DNA from: Candidatus Hodarchaeota archaeon
GTDB taxonomy: Archaea; Asgardarchaeota; Lokiarchaeia; Sigyniarchaeales; SOKP01
Length of the DNA: 64,000 nucleotides
Assembly: GCA_048886685.1 (NCBI GenBank)
Contig: JBHLKM010000003.1
Coordinates: 192,001 to 256,000, forward strand
Reading direction: 5' to 3'
The position numbers and the translations under genes are program-made. The first letter of the stretch is position 1, and the number at the start of each line of letters is the position of its first letter. The notes below the pieces were generated by a model. It worked only from the letters and a program-made list of their open reading frames with translations. It searched no databases and was not told the DNA's origin. This document shows, piece after piece, positions 42,256-52,106 of this stretch.

Positions 42256-42999
42256 GTGAAATTCATGATTGATGAAAAAAGCATTTCTCATAGTAATAAA
42301 AAAACGAGAAGTAGATCACCTGAGAAGAAAGCTCAACAATTTGATACTATTTTAGAAGTAGGGAAGCAATTATTCCAAGAACAAGGACGAGATGGTTTTA
42401 CACTACGTGGATTAGCAAAAAAATTAAATATGAGTCAAAATAATCTCTATAATTATGTGGAAAGTAAACGAGAACTATGGATTGCGATAAGAAAGAAGTT
42501 TTATGAACAATATCGGAATGAAAACCGGGATATTATTAAGAATTTTAGTGGATCAACCGTTGAATTATTATTAAAAATTTTTCAACACTTTTTTGAATTT
42601 GCAGAAAGAGACTATGCTGCCTTTCGAATGATGCACATTATCCGCTCCCCTCCATCAGATAAAACAGGACCGTTTGAGAGGGAATATAAACCATTTAGGT
42701 TTCTAGACGGAACCACTCGTGTAATTCAAAACGCAATTGATAAAGGAGAAATCAAAGAAAAAAATGCTGCTTTAATCTCATCCTTTTTATTTAGTATATT
42801 ATTAGGCGCAGCGATGGTAGAATACGTCATGCGGGATATTGAAACAACTAATAAAAAATCAGGAAAAAAAGTAGAGGAATTTAAACAATTTGAAACTCGA
42901 AATTTCACAAGCAATGAATTTAGGAAATATGTATTAAGGAAAATTCAAAAAGGATTACTTGATCCCAATTTGGTTTTAGATGAAACTGAATATAAATAA
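42256..42999 (+). CDS. TetR/AcrR family transcriptional regulator
   Basis: IL..G..LF...G..GFTLR.LAKKL.MSQ.NLYNY..SK.EL HTH. Confidence 0.92.
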   Translation: MKFMIDEKSISHSNKKTRSRSPEKKAQQFDTILEVGKQLFQEQGRDGFTLRGLAKKLNMSQNNLYNYVESKRELWIAIRKKFYEQYRNENRDIIKNFSGSTVELLLKIFQHFFEFAERDYAAFRMMHIIRSPPSDKTGPFEREYKPFRFLDGTTRVIQNAIDKGEIKEKNAALISSFLFSILLGAAMVEYVMRDIETTNKKSGKKVEEFKQFETRNFTSNEFRKYVLRKIQKGLLDPNLVLDETEYK

Positions 43000-43054
43000 G
43001 AGTATAAGCTTTTTTCACTTATTTATAACTAAATAAAAAAATGGGTGTATAATT

Positions 43055-45073
43055 ATAACAGCGAATGAGTCTACTGAATCAAGCGATCCTCTTTTCACCG
43101 AGCCATATATTGATATTGATGAGTGGCGGGATGAGCCCGTACGTCATAGATATGTCCATGGTGGTTTTAAAGGTACCGATGCCCTATTTTCGATCTATTT
43201 CCCACCGAAGGAACAATATGATGGTCAGTTCTTCCAGTATATCATGCCGATATCGGGGAACGAGAAGGTTGCACAATCACCAGAATCCTCTAATGCCAGC
43301 TATGCGTTAGGCTTTGTCTTCGAGAGTGGCGCTTATTTTGTTGAATCAAACCTGGGGAGGAAGGACATGTTCCCTGGCGAAGATCCTACCATCGCGGGGT
43401 ATCGAACAAGTGCGGCAGTAGCGAACTACTCGCGCGTTTTGGCCTCTAAAATGTATGGTCCCCAACGCCACTATGGTTATGCATGGGGTGGTAGTGGTGG
43501 AGGATATAAGACCATCAGTTGTATTGAAAACACAGAAGGTGTTTGGGACGGTGCGGTCCCATTTATTCACGCAACACCAATGGCCATGATCAATGTATTC
43601 TCTGTGCAGGCCCATGCAATGCGCATATTGAAAGAAAAGGTACCCTCCATCGTCGATGCGGTAGAACCTGGTGGTAGTGGAGACATGTACGCTGATTTAA
43701 ATGAAGAGGAACGAGAAGCTCTTACCGAAGTGACTAAGATGGGATTTCCGCCAAGAGCTTGGTTCAATTACAGGAGGATAGCGTTCGGCTACACCGGAGT
43801 CTTAACCACCCTCCTTGACATAGTGATTAAATGGGATCCCACATATTTTGAAGATTTTTGGAAGGTTCCGGGTTACCTTGGTGCGGATCCGCCCGAGTCA
43901 CTCCTACGCGCCCGGATCCAGCATGAAACAACAATTACCAAACTTATAATGCCCGAAGATATCAAGAAAATGGGTCAGTCACTGTCAATATCTGCCGGGC
44001 AAGCGGGTAACATAACAGTCCCAGCAGGATTAGTATTCGAAAGCGTGCCTGAGGGTGAAATACAAGGAGCATCATTGTTTTTAAAAAGTGGTGAAGCAGA
44101 GGGTCGAGTTGCTTATGCTGTTGCAGCCTTCGGTAATACGGTAATGCTTGCCTATGGGGAGGAAAACTATCCATATCTAGCAGGTATCAAGGTGGGTGAC
44201 AAAGTGCTGATTGATAATTCTAATTATCTCGCTGCTCAAACCTATCATCGCCATCAGGTACCCTCACCTGAATATAAGGTTTGGGACCAGTTCCGAGATG
44301 CTGATGGTAAACCGGTGTATCCACAGCGACCCGAGATATTAGGCCCGCGTCACGCCTATCAAGGAGCAGGCTCGGTTCAGATTGGTAAGTTTAAGGGTAA
44401 GATGATTGTAGTAAATACTTTGATGGACGAAGCTGCCTATCCTTGGCAGGCTGATTGGTATCGTTTGAAGGTAAAAGAGGCATTGGGAGATAAATTCGAT
44501 GACAACTACCGGCTCTGGTTTATTGACCATGCAATGCATACACCACCGGTGATCACATCATTCAATTCCCGTCCAGCAATAACTACACGCATCATCAATT
44601 ATAGTGGGGTGTTGCAACAAGCGCTGCGTGATGTGAGCGCATGGGTAGAAAAAGGTGTGGTTCCCCCTGCGAGTACTACTTACAAAGTGGTAGATGGTCA
44701 AGTGCAAGTACCACCGACTGCTATTGGCCGCAAGGGAGTGCAACCGGTTGTCAACCTTACAGTAAATGGGGGTGTGCGTGCAGACGTTACAGTTGGAGAG
44801 ACGGTTGAATTCTCTGGAGTTATCGAAGCACCCTCAGATGCCGGTTCAATAGTCTCTGCGGAATGGGATTTCGAGGGTGCTGGTGATTATCCAGTCAAGC
44901 ACCAACTTAATGACATCAAGAGTACTCGTGTGGAAGTGAAAACTACTTATGCCTTCTCCAAACCTGGCACTTACTTCCCAGTAATTCGTGGATCATTACA
45001 TAGACAAGGTGACCCAGAAACTAAATGGGCACGGATCCAGAATCTCGGTCGTGTAAGGGTCGTAGTAAAGTAA
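43055..45073 (+). CDS. alpha/beta-hydrolase-like (tannase/esterase-type) protein with C-terminal PKD-like domain, GC-rich
   Basis: GGSGGG nucleophile elbow, WDFEG.G PKD-like motif; frame open and protein-like upstream of ATG 43244 to ATA 43055. Confidence 0.7.
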   Translation: MTANESTESSDPLFTEPYIDIDEWRDEPVRHRYVHGGFKGTDALFSIYFPPKEQYDGQFFQYIMPISGNEKVAQSPESSNASYALGFVFESGAYFVESNLGRKDMFPGEDPTIAGYRTSAAVANYSRVLASKMYGPQRHYGYAWGGSGGGYKTISCIENTEGVWDGAVPFIHATPMAMINVFSVQAHAMRILKEKVPSIVDAVEPGGSGDMYADLNEEEREALTEVTKMGFPPRAWFNYRRIAFGYTGVLTTLLDIVIKWDPTYFEDFWKVPGYLGADPPESLLRARIQHETTITKLIMPEDIKKMGQSLSISAGQAGNITVPAGLVFESVPEGEIQGASLFLKSGEAEGRVAYAVAAFGNTVMLAYGEENYPYLAGIKVGDKVLIDNSNYLAAQTYHRHQVPSPEYKVWDQFRDADGKPVYPQRPEILGPRHAYQGAGSVQIGKFKGKMIVVNTLMDEAAYPWQADWYRLKVKEALGDKFDDNYRLWFIDHAMHTPPVITSFNSRPAITTRIINYSGVLQQALRDVSAWVEKGVVPPASTTYKVVDGQVQVPPTAIGRKGVQPVVNLTVNGGVRADVTVGETVEFSGVIEAPSDAGSIVSAEWDFEGAGDYPVKHQLNDIKSTRVEVKTTYAFSKPGTYFPVIRGSLHRQGDPETKWARIQNLGRVRVVVK

Positions 45074-45328
45074 TTATATTGAATGATACTCAAGGTTTAT
45101 ATATTTAATAATATCTTCCTACAAAATTTTGTTATCTTAGATTAATCTATTAATAATTGATATTGATTCCAAATTTAAATTCAATACTAATTTCATGTTC
45201 TTCAATCAAATGAAGGACATAATTAGAAAATTGATACCCTTTAGGAGCAAAAATATAATATTTGAGGTTTATAAAACAAAAACATGAAATTTTTGTTGTA
45301 TAAATGATTATAAAAAATAGTCATAAAA

Positions 45329-48199
45329 ATGAGTCAGAATTCAATTATTATTAAAGGAGCAAGGCAGAACAATCTAAAAAACATAAATGTTATAATTCCT
45401 CGTAATAAATTAGTAGTTATTACTGGAATTAGTGGGAGTGGAAAGTCATCTTTAGCAATGGATACATTGTATGCGGAGGGACAAAGAAGGTTTTTAGAAT
45501 CACTATCCAGTTATGCAAGACAATTCTTAGGTGAAATGGACAAGCCAGATGTAGATTCAATTGAAGGATTGTCGCCTGCAATTGCAATAGAACAAAAACC
45601 ACTCTCTAAAAATCCAAGAAGTACGGTAGGAACTGTCACAGAAATTTATGATTATTATAGGTTATTATTTGCTAATATTGGTATCCCACATTGCCCCAAT
45701 TGTGGAAAAGAAATAAAACCCCAAACACCACAACAAATTATTCAAATACTTCTAAATTCTATTAAAGAAAATCAGAAATTTATAATCAAGGCCCCTCTAA
45801 TAAGAGACAGAAAGGGGGAATATAAAGAACTTCTGCAGGATTTAAGAAAGCAGGGTTATGTAAGAGTAGAAGTAGATGGGATTCAGTATACTTTAGATGA
45901 AGAGATAACAATGAAAAAGAATATGAAGCATAATATCAACGTAATCCTTGACAGATTAGTAATGCGTAAAGATATAAAAACAAGATTAGCTGATTCGATC
46001 GAAAATGCCTTAGATCTAGCAGAAGGATTAGTTATCGTTGAAATCATTGACGAAGGAGAACAAATATATTCAGAACACCTTGCTTGTATAGATTGTGGAA
46101 TATCATTTCCTCAGCTAGATCATAAAATGTTTTCATTTAATATCCCTCATGGAAGTTGTAGGTATTGTAGTGGATTAGGCACTGTTATGGAATTTGATTA
46201 TGGATTAGTATTAGGAAATGATTTAACTGCACCACTTAAAGACACCCCAATCAGAGATATTCCTGGATTTGGATCTGAGACAGGTTATTCTTGGCAAACC
46301 ATAGAACAAGTCGCAAAACATTATGGGTTTAATGCCAATAAGACTCAATTACAAGAAATTGATCCGGAGAAATTACACAGGTTATTATTTGGTTCTGAAA
46401 ATGAATCAATAGATTTTCATTTTGAAAATAATGGAAATGATTACAAGAACCAAAATGGTGAATTTAAATCATCCTGGGATGTTGTGAGACCTTTCGAGGG
46501 AATTATTCCAATATTACATAGAAGATATATGGAGACTCGCTCTGAATGGGCTCGGGAGATCTATGAAAGTTTTATGAATAGGATTTCATGTCCTCAATGT
46601 AAAGGAAAAAGGTTAAAACCTGAGAGCTTAGCAGTTACTATAAATGATCTAAACATCGCACAACTATCAGATTTGACAGTAAAAGAATCAACTAAATTTT
46701 TTAATTTATTGCAGCTAAGTGAAACTGAAAAAACCATAGCAAAAGAAATATTAAAAGAAATTTCGGATAGATTGTCATTTTTAGAAAATGTGGGTTTGGA
46801 TTATATTTCATTAAGCCGTCGCTCACACACATTATCTGTTGGAGAAGCAGAGAGAATAAGATTAGCAACTCAATTAGGTTCTAGTTTAGTAGGTGTATTA
46901 TATGTATTAGATGAGCCAAGTGTAGGTCTACATCAACGAGATATAGATAGACTCATAAATATGTTAAAAAAATTAAGAGATTTAGGTAATACTGTTATTG
47001 TAGTTGAGCATGATGAGGCAATAATGCAAAATGCAGATCATATCATTGATTTAGGACCCTTAGCTGGTGAAAAGGGTGGAGAAATAGTAGCAGAGGGACC
47101 AATAGAACAAATTATTAAAGCTAATACGTTAACTGGAAGATATTTATCAGGAAAGGAAAAAATTGATATACCACAGAGTAGACGTAAAACAAATTATGAA
47201 TTTCTTCAAGTAATAGGAGCAAGAGAAAATAATTTGAAGAATATTAATGTGAAGATTCCTCTAGGGATATTTACTTGTGTAACAGGCGTTTCAGGGGCAG
47301 GTAAGACAAGTTTGATTATCGATTGTCTATATAAAGGTTTACATAATCTTATCAACACACGTAGTTCAAAAATCAGTGAAGGGGATTTTGATACTATTGA
47401 AGGTTATGAAAAAATAGATAAAATTATTAATATTGACCAATCACCAATAGGAAGAACTCCAAGATCAGTTCCCTCAACTTATACAAAAGCTTTAGATTAT
47501 ATCAGAGATATTTTTGCTCAATTACCTGAATCAAAAGAAAGGGGTTATAAAAAAGGGAGATTTAGTTTCAATACTAAAGCAGGTCATTGTAAGAAATGCA
47601 AGGGTACTGGTTATATCCTAAAAGAAATGTACTTCCTTCCTGATGTTTATATTAGATGCGATTTATGTAAAGGAAAACGATATAATGCAGAAACATTAGA
47701 AATCAAATATAGAGAAAAATCGATTTCAGATGTTTTAAAAATGACATTTAATCAAGCTTTAGAATTTTTTGACAGCTTTCCAAATTTAAAGAGAACTTTA
47801 CAAACAGTAGTAGATGTAGGTTTAGGTTATTTAGAATTAGGTCAATCATCAACAACTCTTAGTGGTGGAGAATCCCAAAGACTAAAAATCGCAAGGGAAT
47901 TACGAAAAACTAGTACAGGAAATACTCTCTATATCTTAGATGAGCCTACCACCGGATTACACATGTATGATATTAAATTTTTGTTAGATGTACTTCAAAA
48001 ATTAGTCGATAAAGGTAACACAGTAATAATTATTGAGCATAATATGGATATAATTAAATCTGTTGATTATATAATAGATCTTGGGCCCGAGGGTGGAGAA
48101 AAAGGCGGAGAGATTGTAGTTTTAGGGACTCCCGAAGAAATTGCTAAAGATAATAATTCTTACACCTCTCAATTTTTAAATAAATACTTAAATAATTAA
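45329..48199 (+). CDS. uvrA: excinuclease ABC subunit A
   Basis: GISGSGKSS, LYAEGQRR, zinc fingers, GVSGAGKT, LSGGE, LDEPTTGLH. Confidence 0.97.
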   Translation: MSQNSIIIKGARQNNLKNINVIIPRNKLVVITGISGSGKSSLAMDTLYAEGQRRFLESLSSYARQFLGEMDKPDVDSIEGLSPAIAIEQKPLSKNPRSTVGTVTEIYDYYRLLFANIGIPHCPNCGKEIKPQTPQQIIQILLNSIKENQKFIIKAPLIRDRKGEYKELLQDLRKQGYVRVEVDGIQYTLDEEITMKKNMKHNINVILDRLVMRKDIKTRLADSIENALDLAEGLVIVEIIDEGEQIYSEHLACIDCGISFPQLDHKMFSFNIPHGSCRYCSGLGTVMEFDYGLVLGNDLTAPLKDTPIRDIPGFGSETGYSWQTIEQVAKHYGFNANKTQLQEIDPEKLHRLLFGSENESIDFHFENNGNDYKNQNGEFKSSWDVVRPFEGIIPILHRRYMETRSEWAREIYESFMNRISCPQCKGKRLKPESLAVTINDLNIAQLSDLTVKESTKFFNLLQLSETEKTIAKEILKEISDRLSFLENVGLDYISLSRRSHTLSVGEAERIRLATQLGSSLVGVLYVLDEPSVGLHQRDIDRLINMLKKLRDLGNTVIVVEHDEAIMQNADHIIDLGPLAGEKGGEIVAEGPIEQIIKANTLTGRYLSGKEKIDIPQSRRKTNYEFLQVIGARENNLKNINVKIPLGIFTCVTGVSGAGKTSLIIDCLYKGLHNLINTRSSKISEGDFDTIEGYEKIDKIINIDQSPIGRTPRSVPSTYTKALDYIRDIFAQLPESKERGYKKGRFSFNTKAGHCKKCKGTGYILKEMYFLPDVYIRCDLCKGKRYNAETLEIKYREKSISDVLKMTFNQALEFFDSFPNLKRTLQTVVDVGLGYLELGQSSTTLSGGESQRLKIARELRKTSTGNTLYILDEPTTGLHMYDIKFLLDVLQKLVDKGNTVIIIEHNMDIIKSVDYIIDLGPEGGEKGGEIVVLGTPEEIAKDNNSYTSQFLNKYLNN

Positions 48200-48228
48200 T
48201 AAATCCTTAACAACTTAAGGTGTTCTAA

Positions 48229-48693
48229 ATACAAATAATTTCAGCAGAGGAATCCCATCTACCAGGGATATTGGAAGTATGGAAAGAATTTATGGATTAT
48301 CATAAAAATTTAGATTCTTTGTTTACCAGAAGAGAAAATGGTCATCTAAATTTCGAAACATATATTAAGGAATTAATTAAGTCAAATAGTGCTCAGGTTT
48401 TAGTAGTTTTAGACAAAGAAGATGTTGTAGGATATTCAATATCTCTTATACAATTTTACCCTCCCGTCTTTAAACGAAGAATTTATGGTTTAATTAATGA
48501 TTTAGCCGTAAAAGAATCCCATAGAAGGAAAGGTTTAGGAGAACAAATGCTTTTTAAAATGTTTCAATGGTTTGAATCTCATGGGTTAGATAGAATCGAA
48601 TTGCGCGTCTCTGTGAGAAATAAAATAGCCTATTCATTTTGGAAGAAACATGGATTTAAAGACTATCAGCATATTTTATATTTAAAAAGGTAA
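48229..48693 (+). CDS. GNAT family N-acetyltransferase
   Basis: LAV...HRRKGLG, N..A..FW.K.GF; start probably ATA 48229 (ORF track gives TTG 48271). Confidence 0.88.
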   Translation: MQIISAEESHLPGILEVWKEFMDYHKNLDSLFTRRENGHLNFETYIKELIKSNSAQVLVVLDKEDVVGYSISLIQFYPPVFKRRIYGLINDLAVKESHRRKGLGEQMLFKMFQWFESHGLDRIELRVSVRNKIAYSFWKKHGFKDYQHILYLKR

Positions 48694-48831
48694 TAGAATA
48701 AGATTAGTTTCAGAAGATATGATAATTTTCATCTTTATTTAGGATAAGATTCTAAACTTATTGTTGATATTTTTATTATAATAGTTTAAATTATAAAGAA
48801 TTTATTAATTATTTGAGATTCGTGGTATTTT

Positions 48832-50637
48832 ATGACTGAAGCTGAAAATAAGATAATTAGAGCTCCAATTACATGCATTTTAGGTCATATAGATCATGGT
48901 AAAACCACTATCCTAGATTACATTAGAGGAACGGTGGTTCAACAAAGAGAGGCTGCTGGAATTACACAACACATTGGAGCATCTTATTTTCCAACTAAAG
49001 ATATTAAAGATTTTTTAAGAAAATCAAAGCAAGAATTCGCGGAGAAAGAGATTAACCTTCCAGGGATATTAGTAATCGATACACCGGGACATGCGGCTTT
49101 TTTAAATCTCCGTCGGCGTGGGGGCGCAGTTGCAGATATAGCCATTTTAGTCATTGATGTAACCGCAGGTACAATGCCAATAACATGGGAATCTGTAAGG
49201 ATTTTACGAGATAGAAAAACTCCATTTGTTATTGCAGCAAATAAAATCGATCGAATATCAGGCTGGAAATCAAAAATAGATGCTGATTTTTTAGATTCCT
49301 ACAACTCTCAAAAACCTCATGTAAAAGATTTCTTAGATGAGAAGATTCTGCAAATCATGGGTGATTTCTTGGAGGAAGGTTTCAAGGGAATTGATAGATA
49401 TGATAAGATTAAAGACTTTACAAAAAAGGTAGCAATTGTACCTACTAGTGGGAAGACTGGTGAGGGTATTTCTACACTTCTCATGGTTTTAATGGGATTA
49501 GTTCAGCAATATTTAACAGAAAATCTTAAATTCTCTGAAGGGGCAGCAAAAGGTGTTGTATTAGAAGTTAAAAAAGAGAAAGGGCAGGGAAAAACCATGG
49601 ATGTTTTGATTTATGATGGTATTATTAATAAAGGTGATGAGTTTATTGTGGGAGGTTTAGAACATCCAATCAAATCAAAAGTTAGAGCTCTGCTAATTCC
49701 GAAACCTCTAGATGAAATACGAGATCCCAGGCAAAAGTTCGATTCCGTTGATCTCGTAAGTGCCGCAGCCGGTATTAAGATTTTAGCACCCAACATTGAC
49801 GATGTCGTAGCGGGTTCTCCCTTTAAAAGTATAACAGACCCTTCAGAAGAAGAAATTGTATACAAGGAAATTGAATCAGAAGTCGAAAGTATCCGTATTA
49901 AAACTGAAAAAGCAGGAGTCGTCCTAAAAGCGGATACTTTGGGATCTCTTGAGGCTTTAGAAAACCATTTTACTAAAAATGGAGTAAAAATTAGTATCGC
50001 TGACGTAGGGCCCATTAAAAAAGAGGACATAATCAATGCTAATATTGTAAAAACCTTTGACCCTTACTCTGCAACAGTATTAGGGTTTAATGTCCCGATC
50101 TTACCTGAAGCAAATGAACAAGCTTTTATTGATAATATTAGAATTTTTACAAATAATGTTATTTATCGTTTATTAGAGGATTATATTGAATATGCTGAAA
50201 CAAGAAAAGCCGAGGACACTGCTAAAGGACTAAGTGAACTAATCTTACCTGCTAAATTAAAAATGTTCCCAGAGTTTATATTTAGGAATTCAGATCCCGC
50301 AGTATTTGGTGTTAAAGTTGAAGCTGGTACCTTATATCCTAAAGTACCTTTAATAACCAATGAAGGTAAGAGAGTAAGGCGAGTTCATCAAATTCAAGAC
50401 AAAGGAGAAACATTAGAAAAAGCAGAAAAAGATGCTGAGGTTGCCATTTCCATTCGGGGCATTGAAATAGGAAGAGAAATTGGAAAAGATGAAACCCTAT
50501 TTGTAAATGTTCCTGAATCTCACGTAAGACAATTAATGGGAAAATTTCTTGATGAATTAACTACAGATCAAAAACAAGTTTTAAGAGAGTTCATTTCTTT
50601 AATGCGTAAAACAAATCATCCTTGGTGGGGGATGTAA
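48832..50637 (+). CDS. infB: translation initiation factor aIF5B (IF-2)
   Basis: GHIDHGKT, EAAGITQHIGA, DTPGH, NKID, KADTLGSLEA. Confidence 0.97.
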   Translation: MTEAENKIIRAPITCILGHIDHGKTTILDYIRGTVVQQREAAGITQHIGASYFPTKDIKDFLRKSKQEFAEKEINLPGILVIDTPGHAAFLNLRRRGGAVADIAILVIDVTAGTMPITWESVRILRDRKTPFVIAANKIDRISGWKSKIDADFLDSYNSQKPHVKDFLDEKILQIMGDFLEEGFKGIDRYDKIKDFTKKVAIVPTSGKTGEGISTLLMVLMGLVQQYLTENLKFSEGAAKGVVLEVKKEKGQGKTMDVLIYDGIINKGDEFIVGGLEHPIKSKVRALLIPKPLDEIRDPRQKFDSVDLVSAAAGIKILAPNIDDVVAGSPFKSITDPSEEEIVYKEIESEVESIRIKTEKAGVVLKADTLGSLEALENHFTKNGVKISIADVGPIKKEDIINANIVKTFDPYSATVLGFNVPILPEANEQAFIDNIRIFTNNVIYRLLEDYIEYAETRKAEDTAKGLSELILPAKLKMFPEFIFRNSDPAVFGVKVEAGTLYPKVPLITNEGKRVRRVHQIQDKGETLEKAEKDAEVAISIRGIEIGREIGKDETLFVNVPESHVRQLMGKFLDELTTDQKQVLREFISLMRKTNHPWWGM

Positions 50638-50645
50638 TTCACTTA

Positions 50646-52103
50646 ATGACATTAATTGATGAAGTTTTTGCAGAAGTCTTAAAAGATATTACTCCAACTC
50701 CGGAAGAAATATCATTGATTAACGATATCACTGCAAAATTAATATTTTTACTGAATAAAAAAGCAAAAGAATTGAATATTACTTATACAAAAATAGAACC
50801 TCAAGGCTCAACAGGAATTAAACAGACACAATTAAAAAATGATTTTGATATCGATCTCTTTATTGGGTTAGACTATAAAGATTTTGAACCAAATTATAAA
50901 GGATTAAGTAAGAATAAATTAAAAAAAGCATCAAAAAAGGATTTTTTGAATTTATGCAATAATTGGGTTATCCCAAGCTTAAGTTTGAATGAATTTCACA
51001 ATCCTCGGCTTTTATATGCTGAACATCCGTATGTTACAGTTGATTTTCATCTGGATGACATAGCATTAAAGATTGATATTGTTCTTTATTTTGATTTAAG
51101 TAAAGAAGTAATTAAACAAGAAGGGCCAATAACAGCTGTTGATCGTTCTCCTTGGCATGGGCGTTTTGTAAAAGAGGAACTTTCTGAGGATCAAAAAAAT
51201 GATGTACGCCTTCTGAAACAATTTTTTAAAGCAAATCATAGTTATGGGGATAAAAGCTCTGTAGGTAAAGTAGGATTTATAGGATACAGCTCAGAACTCC
51301 TCATTTATTATTTTGATAATATAAAAAACCTTTTCAATAATTTTGATAATTTATATTCAAAGCCATTAGATTTTTATAAGAGAAATCTGAAAGATATACA
51401 AAAAATTCTACATTTTCAAAATGATTATTTAATCATCGTAGATCCTATTGATAAAAACAGAAACGTTGCATCAGCTATCTCAGAAAGAGCATATAAATAT
51501 TGTAATTATAGAATCAGTGAATTTTTAAAACAACCGAATAAAGAATTTTTTGAAATTAAACCTATTGTAGAGACAGATTTAAGAAATTCAACCAAATTGT
51601 TCCTCTCAAATATATATATTGTAGAATTAAAGAATTGTGAAAAAGAAATTCATTATACAATTAATAGAGATAAACTATATTCAATAGGGGAAAGTATTGT
51701 AGATAATGGAGAAAAAGAATATACTCATGCAGATCGATTTGGTACTATTATTTTTGAAGTATATTTTGAAGATGAAGCTGATGAATACAACATAGCAATT
51801 TATTGCGAAAATCCAGACATTTCTCAAACTTATATTCGCAAAGGACCTCCAATTGAAGAATCTTTCCATGTAAACAATTTTAAGAAGAAAAACCCAGACT
51901 GTTTTGAACGTGATGGGTATTTATGGGTAGAAACTCGCAGAGAATTTAACAACTTCCTTAAATTTCTAAACTATTTTATTAAAAGTAAAATTCCAGATAA
52001 TTTTGAAATTATTAATATTGCTAAGTCCTTCAAAACAATAGCATCATCGGGAAAGAGAGCGATAACAATCCTGGCCGAAATGGTTTTACCATTTTGTTTC
52101 TAG
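50646..52103 (+). CDS. cca: archaeal class I CCA-adding enzyme
   Basis: GS....T.L..D.DIDLF, YAEHPYV, TAVDRSPWH, VRLLKQF, DP.D..RNVAS. Confidence 0.92.
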   Translation: MTLIDEVFAEVLKDITPTPEEISLINDITAKLIFLLNKKAKELNITYTKIEPQGSTGIKQTQLKNDFDIDLFIGLDYKDFEPNYKGLSKNKLKKASKKDFLNLCNNWVIPSLSLNEFHNPRLLYAEHPYVTVDFHLDDIALKIDIVLYFDLSKEVIKQEGPITAVDRSPWHGRFVKEELSEDQKNDVRLLKQFFKANHSYGDKSSVGKVGFIGYSSELLIYYFDNIKNLFNNFDNLYSKPLDFYKRNLKDIQKILHFQNDYLIIVDPIDKNRNVASAISERAYKYCNYRISEFLKQPNKEFFEIKPIVETDLRNSTKLFLSNIYIVELKNCEKEIHYTINRDKLYSIGESIVDNGEKEYTHADRFGTIIFEVYFEDEADEYNIAIYCENPDISQTYIRKGPPIEESFHVNNFKKKNPDCFERDGYLWVETRREFNNFLKFLNYFIKSKIPDNFEIINIAKSFKTIASSGKRAITILAEMVLPFCF

Positions 52104-52106
52104 AAT

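Noticed and set aside
43065-43310. 81-aa ORF suggesting a frameshift or second intron in the hydrolase gene
   Set aside because: The main frame is open and protein-like back to about 43037, so no frameshift is needed; this is a shadow ORF.
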